Source: a virus (Duplodnaviria > Heunggongvirae > Uroviricota > Caudoviricetes). From it: DNA of 64,000 bases. The position numbers were made by a program, and so were the translations under genes. The stretch is from positions 297,787 through 361,786 of IMG/VR virus record IMGVR_UViG_3300015214_000024, one strand, 5' to 3'. Every line of letters starts with the position of its first letter. The stretch's first letter is position 1. Below the pieces are notes generated by a model. That model searched no databases. It had not been told where the DNA came from and was given only the letters and a program-made list of their open reading frames with translations. Positions 34,188 through 43,832 of the stretch are shown one piece after another.

Positions 34188-35039
34188 TTATCCTGGTAAG
34201 TTGTTTGTTATACCCAGCAATTTTGGCAATAACATTTTTTGGGCGCTTATGTTGGTTGCTGATACCACATAGCCTTTGCCGCCACCATTAATGCGAGTAA
34301 TATCTAAAAGAATATACATCGCATTTCCATCTTCGCAGTCAAATAATACTTCTTCTGAATATCTTCTTTCACCACTGATTAAAAAATTTTGTAAATTTAT
34401 TTTAAACTCTTCACGCTGTGATTGGTCTATAAACTCCAACCATCCTTTTCGATAAAAATCTCTTTCCAACCAACCTAACATTCCTATAAGCATCTCATTC
34501 ACATAAACACAATTACCATTATTATCAATTTTTAAAAGCCCAATCGGAGATGCTTTTGCTAAGCTTTGATACATCTCTTGACTTTCTTCCAATTCTTGTG
34601 TTCGTTCTTTAACTAAATCTTCCAACTTATTCTGTTGAGTGAACACAAGCATTTCTAATCTTATGCGTTCGTGTGCTTCTTGAAGCGCTTTTAATATTTC
34701 ATCAGGAGATAAACTTTTCTCAATGTAATCAAATGCACCCTCTTTCAAAGCCGTTATTGCATTTTCCTTTGTTGCATAAGCAGTCAATATCAATGTCAAT
34801 ATGGGCCGATTAATCAAATTAATACTTTCAAACAAATCCAAGCCATTATCTCGTCCTAATTTCAAATCTAAAATGATAATATCAGGACTAAATTCGTGAA
34901 GCTTGGTTATTGCTGATTTCAGATTGAATGCTGTTTGAATTTCCACTTTCATCATAGATGCGATACCGACCAAGGAATCGGAAAAATCCTTATCGTCTTC
35001 TACAATCAACAATTTAACTGGATTCATTTCAATACCCAT
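34188..35039 (-). CDS. response regulator: receiver + coiled coil + PAS, no DNA-binding domain
   Basis: LLIVEDD, IILDLKL, ILTAY, GAFDYIEK; LEDLVKERTQEL; PAS (SPIG...YVN). Confidence 0.9.
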   Translation of the reverse strand: MGIEMNPVKLLIVEDDKDFSDSLVGIASMMKVEIQTAFNLKSAITKLHEFSPDIIILDLKLGRDNGLDLFESINLINRPILTLILTAYATKENAITALKEGAFDYIEKSLSPDEILKALQEAHERIRLEMLVFTQQNKLEDLVKERTQELEESQEMYQSLAKASPIGLLKIDNNGNCVYVNEMLIGMLGWLERDFYRKGWLEFIDQSQREEFKINLQNFLISGERRYSEEVLFDCEDGNAMYILLDITRINGGGKGYVVSATNISAQKMLLPKLLGITNNLPG

Positions 35040-35087
35040 TCAAACTTACTTCACGAGTATTTATTATAATGTTGTTCTAAAGGTAAT

Positions 35088-35786
35088 TTACATTTTTTTG
35101 TTGAATTTTAGATCTACTTGAGCATACTTATCAAGTTCACCGCTTAATGTGGCGCAGCCGTTGTGTTTTTTCATTATGTCTTGGACAATTGATAATCCCA
35201 ATCCTATACCAAATGATTTGGTAGAAATTAACGGTTCAAATAGTTGCTCAGATGACGAAGTGTCAATTCCTGGACCATTGTCATAGATAGAAATTATAGT
35301 ATGTTGATCAGTAATTGATGAAGTAATATTAACGTATCCAGCACCTTTGCCGACTTCTGGATCCATTATTGCTTCAATTGAATTTTTAAGAATATTTAAA
35401 AATACTCTATGCATACGATCAGGATCGATATTTAAATGGAGATTGGGGGAGACATCATTGTTAATTTGTATTGATGAGGGCTTAACTAAATCCTCGAGCA
35501 CTTTATCAATTAATTGACTTATATTAATTCGTCGCTTAATCAATTTAGTATGTCGAGTAAAATCAAGCAAATCATTTACTATGTTATTGCATCGATCTAT
35601 ATTTCTAAAAATTCTTGATAAAATCTCATCAATTTTTTCATCAACAACGTATTCTTCATTTAATCGATTTTGCATTAGGAATAGTGAATTGCGAATAGTG
35701 CCCAACGGGTTTTTCAACTCGTGGGCAACTACCGCAGTCAATTCACCTAAAATTTCAAATTTCTGCTTGTTTTGGTCATTAGACAT
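35088..35786 (-). CDS. sensorless histidine kinase (HisKA + HATPase_c)
   Basis: AHELKNPL H-box, NILKNSIEA N-box, DNGPGI, FEP, GIGLGL. Confidence 0.93.
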   Translation of the reverse strand: MSNDQNKQKFEILGELTAVVAHELKNPLGTIRNSLFLMQNRLNEEYVVDEKIDEILSRIFRNIDRCNNIVNDLLDFTRHTKLIKRRINISQLIDKVLEDLVKPSSIQINNDVSPNLHLNIDPDRMHRVFLNILKNSIEAIMDPEVGKGAGYVNITSSITDQHTIISIYDNGPGIDTSSSEQLFEPLISTKSFGIGLGLSIVQDIMKKHNGCATLSGELDKYAQVDLKFNKKM

Positions 35787-36322
35787 TAATTTGGAGCCGT
35801 ACCGTCTGTATCGTTTGATGGCAATGAAGACATATAATCATAAGCGTCTACTGAATTTGAATCAGTAAGGGCATCGATAGCAATATATTGGTTTACCTGC
35901 CAAGTGCATACACCGCTGATATAATCAGCCATAACATTATTAAACGCTATAAATTGCGTATAATCCATAGCAATAAAGTTATATTCAGTATCAAAGCATC
36001 CGCTAAAATTACTCAAACTACCATTTGCTAAAAGCGAAGTAGCGACCTGGCTATAAATTGATCTTTTGTATATAGACACATCAAAGTGGTGACTTTGATA
36101 CCACATTCCTTGCGTCTCTAGTATTCCTATAGTAAAATTGTCAAGTTCTCTCTTTTTATAGATTTTTGTCAATGTAACTTGTTCACTCAACAGTTGATTT
36201 TCAGGTATTGCCTGTTGCGGATCATCCCATACAATATCATTATAATCGTACAAATCACCACCATTAGTGGCATTAATTCCAGGATGGTAATAGGTCAAAA
36301 CCGTAATTAAATCTGGTATCAT
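35786..36322 (-). CDS. tail-fibre assembly-like protein (DUF4376-like)
   Basis: similar to 37315..37914. Confidence 0.55.
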   Translation of the reverse strand: MIPDLITVLTYYHPGINATNGGDLYDYNDIVWDDPQQAIPENQLLSEQVTLTKIYKKRELDNFTIGILETQGMWYQSHHFDVSIYKRSIYSQVATSLLANGSLSNFSGCFDTEYNFIAMDYTQFIAFNNVMADYISGVCTWQVNQYIAIDALTDSNSVDAYDYMSSLPSNDTDGTAPN

Positions 36323-36356
36323 TTTAATATCTCCTTACTAGGTATGTTTTTGTATA

Positions 36357-36851
36357 TCAATTGTATTTACAGATATGGACTTCGCAAGGAAAGGTTATCT
36401 CTAACATTTCTATAACAGATTCAATATCTTCTATCAACTTATTACCTTTGATTAATTTATCTTCTTCTTTGATCCATCCCATATATACCAATGCTTGGAA
36501 ACAGTACTCAAAACAGTAAGAATTTCTTTTATTTTGAAGCCAGGACCAACCAAAAAACCATCCAATGATACTTAAAAAATCATACGGTGAGCCAACTTTA
36601 CTTTCACACCAAGCTTTCAATTTTTCAATGTCAGAATGATGTAAAGTTAGCTGTAAATCAAATGCTCTTCTTGGCGGGACAGCAACTGATTTATCAGATA
36701 GTGGGAGCATAACAGTCCACGGAATTTGGGCTGAATATGCAGCATCATCAATTATTATGCAAACGTGGCTCCAAGGTTCACCCAATCTCCACGATATTAA
36801 ACGGCCAACAAATGAATTCGGTTTTAAAAAACGGAAAATAACGTTTGTCAT
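36357..36851 (-). CDS. permuted papain-like (NlpC/P60-related) amidase
   Basis: WSHV...GSPYDF...YCFEY (His before Cys). Confidence 0.75.
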   Translation of the reverse strand: MTNVIFRFLKPNSFVGRLISWRLGEPWSHVCIIIDDAAYSAQIPWTVMLPLSDKSVAVPPRRAFDLQLTLHHSDIEKLKAWCESKVGSPYDFLSIIGWFFGWSWLQNKRNSYCFEYCFQALVYMGWIKEEDKLIKGNKLIEDIESVIEMLEITFPCEVHICKYN

Positions 36852-36902
36852 ATCAAGTCCCTTGCTATAAAAAGCAATCAAATATTACTTTTGTAAAAAT
36901 AT

Positions 36903-37313
36903 TTATTGCTTTTTACGTTTGCGAGCTTCTGATCGTTCTGTTGCTTCCAATGCAGTTTTTTGTTTATGACAAGGCTTACATAAAGTCTGTAAATTCTCCA
37001 AATCCCAAGCCCACGTTTGCCCGCTTGCTTGATATAATGGAACAATGTGGTCCAGATCCCATCCATTAGGGCCTTTTTTGTCACAAATAGTATGACATTT
37101 CGCACATTTACCTTTATCTCGTCTCCAAACTATTTTCCTAGTATATGAAGGCCAGAAATAAAATTTATATATTTGAACACATTCTTTATGCCAAGTTGAT
37201 TTAGTCAGTTTACCATTTTTCAATTTTTTAGTTATTGGCTTATTACACCATCTACATATTCCAGGTCGTATGTCATTAAAATGACAAGGTAATGGAAATT
37301 TTCTATGACTCAT
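36903..37313 (-). CDS. HNH endonuclease
   Basis: RDKGKCAKC...DHIVPL...NLQTLCKPCH. Confidence 0.9.
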   Translation of the reverse strand: MSHRKFPLPCHFNDIRPGICRWCNKPITKKLKNGKLTKSTWHKECVQIYKFYFWPSYTRKIVWRRDKGKCAKCHTICDKKGPNGWDLDHIVPLYQASGQTWAWDLENLQTLCKPCHKQKTALEATERSEARKRKKQ

Positions 37314-37314
37314 A

Positions 37315-37914
37315 TTATAATGGATAATCAGTATCTAAAGATATTTGAGCCGCCTGAATCGACTGTTCAGTAGAAATACCCCCTGGCCCTGAACCATCGA
37401 AATTATTATTAGGCCAATAATTGGCTGGATTGAAATTATTGATAGCATTAACATCGCTGAGAGAATCGATTCGGGTTTTTAATACCCACGACCAGGCAAA
37501 AACCATAGATACATATGCGCCCATTGATACACCGAATGCCGAAAGAGTTGAACCATCCATTAGTATGTTTTGGTTATCCAAAGTCCTCCAGGAAAAATCA
37601 GCTGGCAACGTTGTTCCAACTAATACAGACGTCACTGCACCGGTGATGTTAGCCTTTGCTAATGTGTCACAGTCATATACGTTTCCTTGAAAATAAAAAC
37701 CACCATCATCTAAAAAAACATCTCGATAGTTGTTTATTTCTTTTTGTTTTTCACGCACAACCAGATCTGCCCAATCCGAATCTAGCTGAGATTGAGAAGG
37801 CAGTGGATCACCACTCTCCCATATAATTGACGAATAATCTGACGGATCAGGACTAATGCAAATTACTCCAGGATATTTTTCAGATAATAAATTCATATAA
37901 TTTTTTTGAATCAT
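37315..37914 (-). CDS. tail-fibre assembly-like protein (DUF4376-like)
   Basis: INNYRD...GGF...YDCD...WRTLDN. Confidence 0.65.
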   Translation of the reverse strand: MIQKNYMNLLSEKYPGVICISPDPSDYSSIIWESGDPLPSQSQLDSDWADLVVREKQKEINNYRDVFLDDGGFYFQGNVYDCDTLAKANITGAVTSVLVGTTLPADFSWRTLDNQNILMDGSTLSAFGVSMGAYVSMVFAWSWVLKTRIDSLSDVNAINNFNPANYWPNNNFDGSGPGGISTEQSIQAAQISLDTDYPL

Positions 37915-37928
37915 TTTATAAATCCTTA

Positions 37929-38612
37929 TTAAATTTCAGTAATACTCCAGGTAGTATTATTATTTCCACCAAAGTCGTGCGCGCCGTCGCTTCCTCGACC
38001 CAAGTACCAAGTACCAGATCCAGCTGTAATGCCAATTCTCATTGAATAAGTAATCGATGAAGTAGTTCCTGGCTGATGAACAAAATGAATAGAAGCCTGT
38101 CTAGCACCATTAACATCAGATGATGATAGAAAACCAGAAACTGATGGAAACCAAGCCTCAGTGGCAGTCAAGAAAGTGTTACCAGCAAAGAGCGCTATAA
38201 CAGTACCACGACCTAACGTTGATACGCCAACTGGTGCAGAATAATTGATAATTATATTCGATGAAGTTGATGTTGGTGTTATTGATTGAGACATTATCTG
38301 ACTGCCTTGAGATATAGTAACCGTGGTAGATGCGTCAATCGTTGATCCACCAGTTAAGATACCGATACTACCTGAATAAAAATTTTTAATCGAAAATGCA
38401 CTTGTTAAAGGTACCCAAGCGGTGCCAGTATCTCGATAAATTATATTTTGATCGGTTGCAATATAAAGGTGGCCGGTATTACCAAACGACGGAATGGATG
38501 AATATAGGCCAGATGTCATTTTATCGTTACCTCCACCATTCAACATCACTAAAGTTCCGTTGACATCTGGCGTATTAGTAAACGAATGTGATCCGTAAAT
38601 TGGTGTTGACAT
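37929..38612 (-). CDS. tail-fibre-related protein
   Basis: Ser/Thr/Gly-rich, ITPTSTSSNIII, terminal SITEI. Confidence 0.65.
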   Translation of the reverse strand: MSTPIYGSHSFTNTPDVNGTLVMLNGGGNDKMTSGLYSSIPSFGNTGHLYIATDQNIIYRDTGTAWVPLTSAFSIKNFYSGSIGILTGGSTIDASTTVTISQGSQIMSQSITPTSTSSNIIINYSAPVGVSTLGRGTVIALFAGNTFLTATEAWFPSVSGFLSSSDVNGARQASIHFVHQPGTTSSITYSMRIGITAGSGTWYLGRGSDGAHDFGGNNNTTWSITEI

Positions 38613-38626
38613 TACTTATTGTTCCT

Positions 38627-39364
38627 TTAACTCGTAATTCTTGGTCTACTGTTATTATAACATATGCCAGTAGTGTAAGTTAATGCAGTACCGGATCCAG
38701 AAATCATATTAGCATTTCTAGTATAATCAATGCAATTTGATATTGATCCCGAGCCGGCTTCCAGGAAAGCATAACGCGATACTAAGCCTGCCACGATACC
38801 ATCCCTTAACCCTTTTAAATTGTAAATTGTTAATATTTCGTCAGCTGATAAAATTCGATTATACAATGCCACACCATCAATCATACACGTACTTGACTCA
38901 TTCGTACCGCCAGATGTTTGTGGATATCCATTTAGATAAATTTGCGTAGTATTTGCTGCCGTCTGATTTGAATTAGTAGACGTGCCTGCCAACGATCCAT
39001 TAATATATAAAGAATGAGTCTGCGATCCTCCGGAAATGGCTGTGCAAGTATAAGCTACGTGTATCCAGCTACCATTTGATAACGTTGGCGAACCGGCAGT
39101 GGTATTTACCAATGTTATACCACCCCAAGTCCAAGCATAAAATTGGCCGGCAACATTTCGAGCACCGAGCTGAACGCCACTAGTAGGTGATGTCGATGCT
39201 GTGGCTGACCCATCATATATGCCAATCATTGATGATGTTGTGGTCGAACCCCATCCATTAAAATTAACCCATCCCATAAGAGTCAAGGCACTAGCTGTTG
39301 AAGGCATATTAGACGCCGGATAGGAAGAAAGATATGTGCCGCCTGCTGAGCATTGAACCGCCAT
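38627..39364 (-). CDS. LamG/concanavalin-like virion protein
   Basis: TLMGWV, WIHVAYT, LYING, IDGVALYNRILSADEI. Confidence 0.85.
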   Translation of the reverse strand: MAVQCSAGGTYLSSYPASNMPSTASALTLMGWVNFNGWGSTTTSSMIGIYDGSATASTSPTSGVQLGARNVAGQFYAWTWGGITLVNTTAGSPTLSNGSWIHVAYTCTAISGGSQTHSLYINGSLAGTSTNSNQTAANTTQIYLNGYPQTSGGTNESSTCMIDGVALYNRILSADEILTIYNLKGLRDGIVAGLVSRYAFLEAGSGSISNCIDYTRNANMISGSGTALTYTTGICYNNSRPRITS

Positions 39365-41145
39365 TAGCTTATCTCCGTTATCAATTCTGCCAAATACCAA
39401 GCACTTGATGAAAGTGTACCACCATTTCGAGTCAACTCAAACTCATAAAAAGTACCAGCAGTCAGTCCCAATGATGCTAATGAAACTGACACTGTGGTAT
39501 ATTGATAAAACGCATTCGTCGGTATGGTCAACGTAGTTAATGTCGTGGCCGCAGACCAAGACCCGACGGCTGCGTTATTAGGTATAGCTCTTGAATATAA
39601 TCGCAAAACAACTGTAGATGGTGATCCAGGGGCAGTTGCAGCGCGACCTTTAATATGAAATGCTATAGTCGTTGAACCAGTTGGTATAGTTGAATAAAAA
39701 CCAACACCATTCTCAGATCCGGTGGCGAACGACCTAACTAATAGAGAATTTCTTGATGGATCATTAATAACTGGAGCAAGCAAATTTACTGGCCAATCTG
39801 AATTATTCGGACTTTCAAACGATGCAGCTGAAAAAGCATTTCTATATGATGTAGTAGTATTGATAGTAACCGTAGCAAGATTGCTACCTGAATTTACTGC
39901 TGAAACATTAGTTCCTGCAAAGTTAATAGAATTGTATGTGCCTCCAATGTCAACGCCATTTGATTGGATTCCTACTACGTTTGCTGAAGGGGCCATCGTT
40001 TGCCCATTTGCCAAAACGGTAACATTAATGGTATGAGTATTTCCAGTAACAGTGATTGTAAGTGAATTTGCTGACGTCAATACAATCTTATCTGGAAATA
40101 TAATCGTATTATTAGCCGTGTCATACAATGTAACTCCAACATTTCTAGTATTCAAATTATGGGCTACCACTGCTGAATATAAATTACCAGAAACCAATGT
40201 CCAAGAACTAATCGTAGTAGAATATGATGTCGCGGCACTTGCCCAAGTTTGATTCACCCAAGCACTACCATTCCAAGTTAATAGCTGGTTTGATGATGGT
40301 GATGAAATATTTGTGTCAGTCAAACTTGAAAGTGTATCAGCTGACCAAGAATAAGCAGAACCACTCCATCTCAATTTAGTATTGGTGCCAGAAGGGGCAA
40401 TCAAGTTTAATGCATTAGTGCCATTGCCAACCAAAAGGTTGTTAGCTGTGACGGATGATCTTCCAGTACCACCATTCGCCACATTTAATGTCCCGCCAAG
40501 AGTTATTATTCCTGATGTTGCTGAGGTAGGAGTTAGCCCAGTAGTTCCGCCACTGAATGTAGTCACGCCAGTGCTTGATGTCAAATATGTATTTGTGTCA
40601 AGGGTCCAAGTATCAGTTCCTGTCCTTCTGGCTAAACCTGTACCACTCAACCCTTCTAAAGCAGCCAAATCATTTGCTAACGCAAATGTTAAAGTACCTG
40701 ATGAAATGATAGGAGAACCGCTAATAGTTAAACCTGCGGCCGGTTGTGAAGCCGCAATAGATGTGACAGCTGATGACCAGCCAAAGGTTCCAGCACTTAA
40801 AAGATATAAAAATTGACCAGTTGATCCAGGGGAAGATGGCCAAGTTAATTGTATATTTGATGTGATAGTATCTGGAGCAGCAAAAGAAATAAAATTAGAT
40901 TCATCAGTATCATAAAAACGCATTCTGGCAGGAGTGGATGATCCGACGCTTTTTAGATTGATTGAACCGTCATATATTCCAGATGATCCTGACCCTACTA
41001 TTAAATTGATTGATCCGCCGCTATCGGTTGTAGACGACCCGGTTGTGATATTAAAAGATTCACCATTTGGACTTTCAGGATTAGATGAATCACTTCCATT
41101 TCTGGTAGAGATATCACCCTGTTGTTTTATATTACCAATCTTCAT
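39364..41145 (-). CDS. tail fibre protein
   Basis: TLNVANGGTG, LSSLTDTNISSPSSNQLLTWNG fibre repeats. Confidence 0.75.
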   Translation of the reverse strand: MKIGNIKQQGDISTRNGSDSSNPESPNGESFNITTGSSTTDSGGSINLIVGSGSSGIYDGSINLKSVGSSTPARMRFYDTDESNFISFAAPDTITSNIQLTWPSSPGSTGQFLYLLSAGTFGWSSAVTSIAASQPAAGLTISGSPIISSGTLTFALANDLAALEGLSGTGLARRTGTDTWTLDTNTYLTSSTGVTTFSGGTTGLTPTSATSGIITLGGTLNVANGGTGRSSVTANNLLVGNGTNALNLIAPSGTNTKLRWSGSAYSWSADTLSSLTDTNISSPSSNQLLTWNGSAWVNQTWASAATSYSTTISSWTLVSGNLYSAVVAHNLNTRNVGVTLYDTANNTIIFPDKIVLTSANSLTITVTGNTHTINVTVLANGQTMAPSANVVGIQSNGVDIGGTYNSINFAGTNVSAVNSGSNLATVTINTTTSYRNAFSAASFESPNNSDWPVNLLAPVINDPSRNSLLVRSFATGSENGVGFYSTIPTGSTTIAFHIKGRAATAPGSPSTVVLRLYSRAIPNNAAVGSWSAATTLTTLTIPTNAFYQYTTVSVSLASLGLTAGTFYEFELTRNGGTLSSSAWYLAELITEIS

Positions 41146-41220
41146 ATTTGTTTACGCCCGACATAAAAATAGTGGCAAGTTCGCACCTGCCACTATTTAT
41201 GGTTATTTGTTAGCTAAAAT

Positions 41221-42354
41221 TTAGCCAAAAATTATGTAAGACCAAGTACCTGCAATTGTACCGTATGAGGACAAATCTACTGTAGTTGTGTTTGCATCGG
41301 TCAATGTAATAGTATCTGGAAGAATTTGCTGATTTGCTTCGTCATAAATTTGAATGAGTACTGAAGCAACATTCAAACTATGCGCAATTGCAAGTGTACC
41401 AGTTGTCAAATCACCATCAACAAACGTGCCACGAACCATACGTGAAGCAACAATTTGTGCTGGTGTAACTGTAACGTTATTAGTACCGTCATAGCTTGGG
41501 ATTGTAGTTGATGCACCAACTGATCCAGCAGTCAAACCAGCAATATCAAGAGCGACAGTTGGGTCACCAGCAACACCGTCACCATTAGTAACTGTCAGAC
41601 CTTCTTCACCAGCAGCGGTTGAAGCTGTGATTGTGCGTGAAGCATATGTATCGTCAGCAGTACGAACCACAAAGCCGTCAGCAGTAACACCATAAACAAC
41701 GTTAAGTGTGGTGAATGCATCGGTGAAAGTGGTGTAAGCTGGTGCTGAACTGTCTTCACTATCAAAAATAACAATTTGATCAGCTAAGACTGGAGCAGTC
41801 TTTTCTGTCATACTGTGATTTGAGAAAGAAATTGTCAACAAATCATTGTCAGCAACATCTGAAGCGACCGTAGTAATACCAACACCACCAGCAAAAGTTA
41901 GGGTGTCGTTTGTGATATCAGCCTGTGCCGTGCCAGTATCACCAGCAACGTTTACATAGCCAGTTAAAGGAACAGTTACCCAGGAAAGAGCACCTGAACC
42001 ATCAGTAGTCAAAACTTGGTTGCTTGAACCGTCAGCTGCTGGAAGAGTCCAAGTAACACTGCCAGCCATTGTGGAAGCAGCTTTGAAGCCGGCAAATTCC
42101 GTACCAGCATCATCATAAAATGCAAAAACAGATGCACCATTTGTTGTTGGTAGTATGGAAACCATACCGTCAACGCCAGTGCCGACGCCTGCACCTGGTT
42201 TAAATGTTAAACTACCACCGTCCGCATTGCCGGTATCAGCAGAGCCAAGCTCGAATGCCAAGGTATCTGCATTTACTGCATCAGTTGAACTACTGTGTGT
42301 AGTAACTATACCTTCAATTAATAAATTACCATATCTCATATGAAAACCTCGCAA
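41221..42354 (-). CDS. tail fibre/virion protein
   Basis: WTLPAADGSSNQVLTTDGSGALSW motif; C-terminal domain shared with neighbours. Confidence 0.7.
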   Translation of the reverse strand: MRGFHMRYGNLLIEGIVTTHSSSTDAVNADTLAFELGSADTGNADGGSLTFKPGAGVGTGVDGMVSILPTTNGASVFAFYDDAGTEFAGFKAASTMAGSVTWTLPAADGSSNQVLTTDGSGALSWVTVPLTGYVNVAGDTGTAQADITNDTLTFAGGVGITTVASDVADNDLLTISFSNHSMTEKTAPVLADQIVIFDSEDSSAPAYTTFTDAFTTLNVVYGVTADGFVVRTADDTYASRTITASTAAGEEGLTVTNGDGVAGDPTVALDIAGLTAGSVGASTTIPSYDGTNNVTVTPAQIVASRMVRGTFVDGDLTTGTLAIAHSLNVASVLIQIYDEANQQILPDTITLTDANTTTVDLSSYGTIAGTWSYIIFG

Positions 42355-42395
42355 GAAAGAGAAAAACGTTCTTCAAGGATATTTATTTGAGATGC

Positions 42396-43418
42396 TTATT
42401 TCATTAAGTTATGAGGTAACTTCTTGCTTGCCAAATTGTGAATTACTGTTTTATCGTGATCCGGACGAACGTATTTTGCCATACAGGTTTTAAATTCAAA
42501 TAGTGAAAAACTATCAGCTGGTCTAATCACAGCACCTTCGTGTTTTTCAAAATCAATTTCCTGAATTGCTTTTTGTATTTTATCCTGATCCCATAGACCA
42601 TCATAAACAACCTCAACAGGTGTCAGATCAAGCAATTGAAAATATTCAAGTGTTTCATCCCAGGAAAGGCAAATATTTTTATCAGTCCAAATAGAATATC
42701 CATACAAGTAACTATCCAATTTGTCATAATGAATAGAATGTGTGCTATATAGATCTTCACCACAGACCCGCCATCCATCTGGAATATTCGCTTGAAACTG
42801 TGACCACAAGGCCTTCACTCTGCCACTAATTGGATGTGTTCTTTCATTGAAGGACCTACCGTGGATATAATCATTATACATAGTTACATTTGATCCGTCC
42901 ATTTTAATAGTAACTATTACCCGGCGGCCAGTGAACGATGAATAGTCTTTCAATACTCTATCATCTTTGCCAATACACCCACTCCACGGTAAATGGTAGG
43001 TCCTAGGATATTTTACATAATTGGTGAATTGTTCAAGCATTCCACCTTTGGCTAATATTTTTTGAACACTTGGGTCGTGGAAAAGCTCGCCCATAGTTCG
43101 GCGACCGTCTTCCATAATCAAATTTCCCCATTTATCATATTCATAATCTGGATAAAGATGATCAGGAATTATTTTATTTTTAATCCCACAAGCAGCCCGA
43201 ACTTCTTCTAAAGTGAATTCTGTCGTTTCACACATAATATGATGTTCTTCACAGACACTTGCGCCATTATCGAGAAAATAGCCGCCATTATCAAAAAGTC
43301 GACGTTCTATAATGTGATGAGCATCCTTCGCATCTTTACCACAAAAGACACATTTATAATTATCACGTGCGAATGTTCCTTCTCGGAATTCATCCCGAGT
43401 GAGCAATTTAGATTTCAT
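42396..43418 (-). CDS. HNH domain fused to RNA ligase-type nucleotidyltransferase
   Basis: RDNYKCVFC...HHII...N...CEEHH; KYPRTYHL, KMDGSN, EGAVIR, AKYVR. Confidence 0.8.
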   Translation of the reverse strand: MKSKLLTRDEFREGTFARDNYKCVFCGKDAKDAHHIIERRLFDNGGYFLDNGASVCEEHHIMCETTEFTLEEVRAACGIKNKIIPDHLYPDYEYDKWGNLIMEDGRRTMGELFHDPSVQKILAKGGMLEQFTNYVKYPRTYHLPWSGCIGKDDRVLKDYSSFTGRRVIVTIKMDGSNVTMYNDYIHGRSFNERTHPISGRVKALWSQFQANIPDGWRVCGEDLYSTHSIHYDKLDSYLYGYSIWTDKNICLSWDETLEYFQLLDLTPVEVVYDGLWDQDKIQKAIQEIDFEKHEGAVIRPADSFSLFEFKTCMAKYVRPDHDKTVIHNLASKKLPHNLMK

Positions 43419-43449
43419 TTTTATGTTATCCGTTAAGGATACCTTTCTT

Positions 43450-43764
43450 TTAACTTACCACCAAATGCCAATTTATAACAGAATCACCAAAAGATCGCAA
43501 GCTCAAAGTTAAGGTATTAGAATTTACTAAAAAAACTTCATCAGGCATAACCATCCGATCGTTCTCGTCGTATAAAGAAAATTGGACGTATTTTTGTCCT
43601 AAATCGTGCTCAATTATGACATTGCCATTAATATCAAGATCTGACAAATTGATAGTTTGACTATGGCGGATCTTTTGCCAAACGTTTTTAACGCCGTCAT
43701 AGGCGATCATTGACCCTGGGGCTGCTGATTGATTACTAATCTGTTTAATTCTAACTAAACTCAC
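43450..43764 (-). CDS. small virion protein
   Basis: IEHDLG...YDEN...PD domain shared with the fibre C-termini. Confidence 0.6.
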   Translation of the reverse strand: MSLVRIKQISNQSAAPGSMIAYDGVKNVWQKIRHSQTINLSDLDINGNVIIEHDLGQKYVQFSLYDENDRMVMPDEVFLVNSNTLTLSLRSFGDSVINWHLVVS

Positions 43765-43832
43765 GCACCCGCACGCCTTTCATTAAATGTTCATCTATTA
43801 CTTATTTTATCTGGGTAATTAATTTCTCAGTA

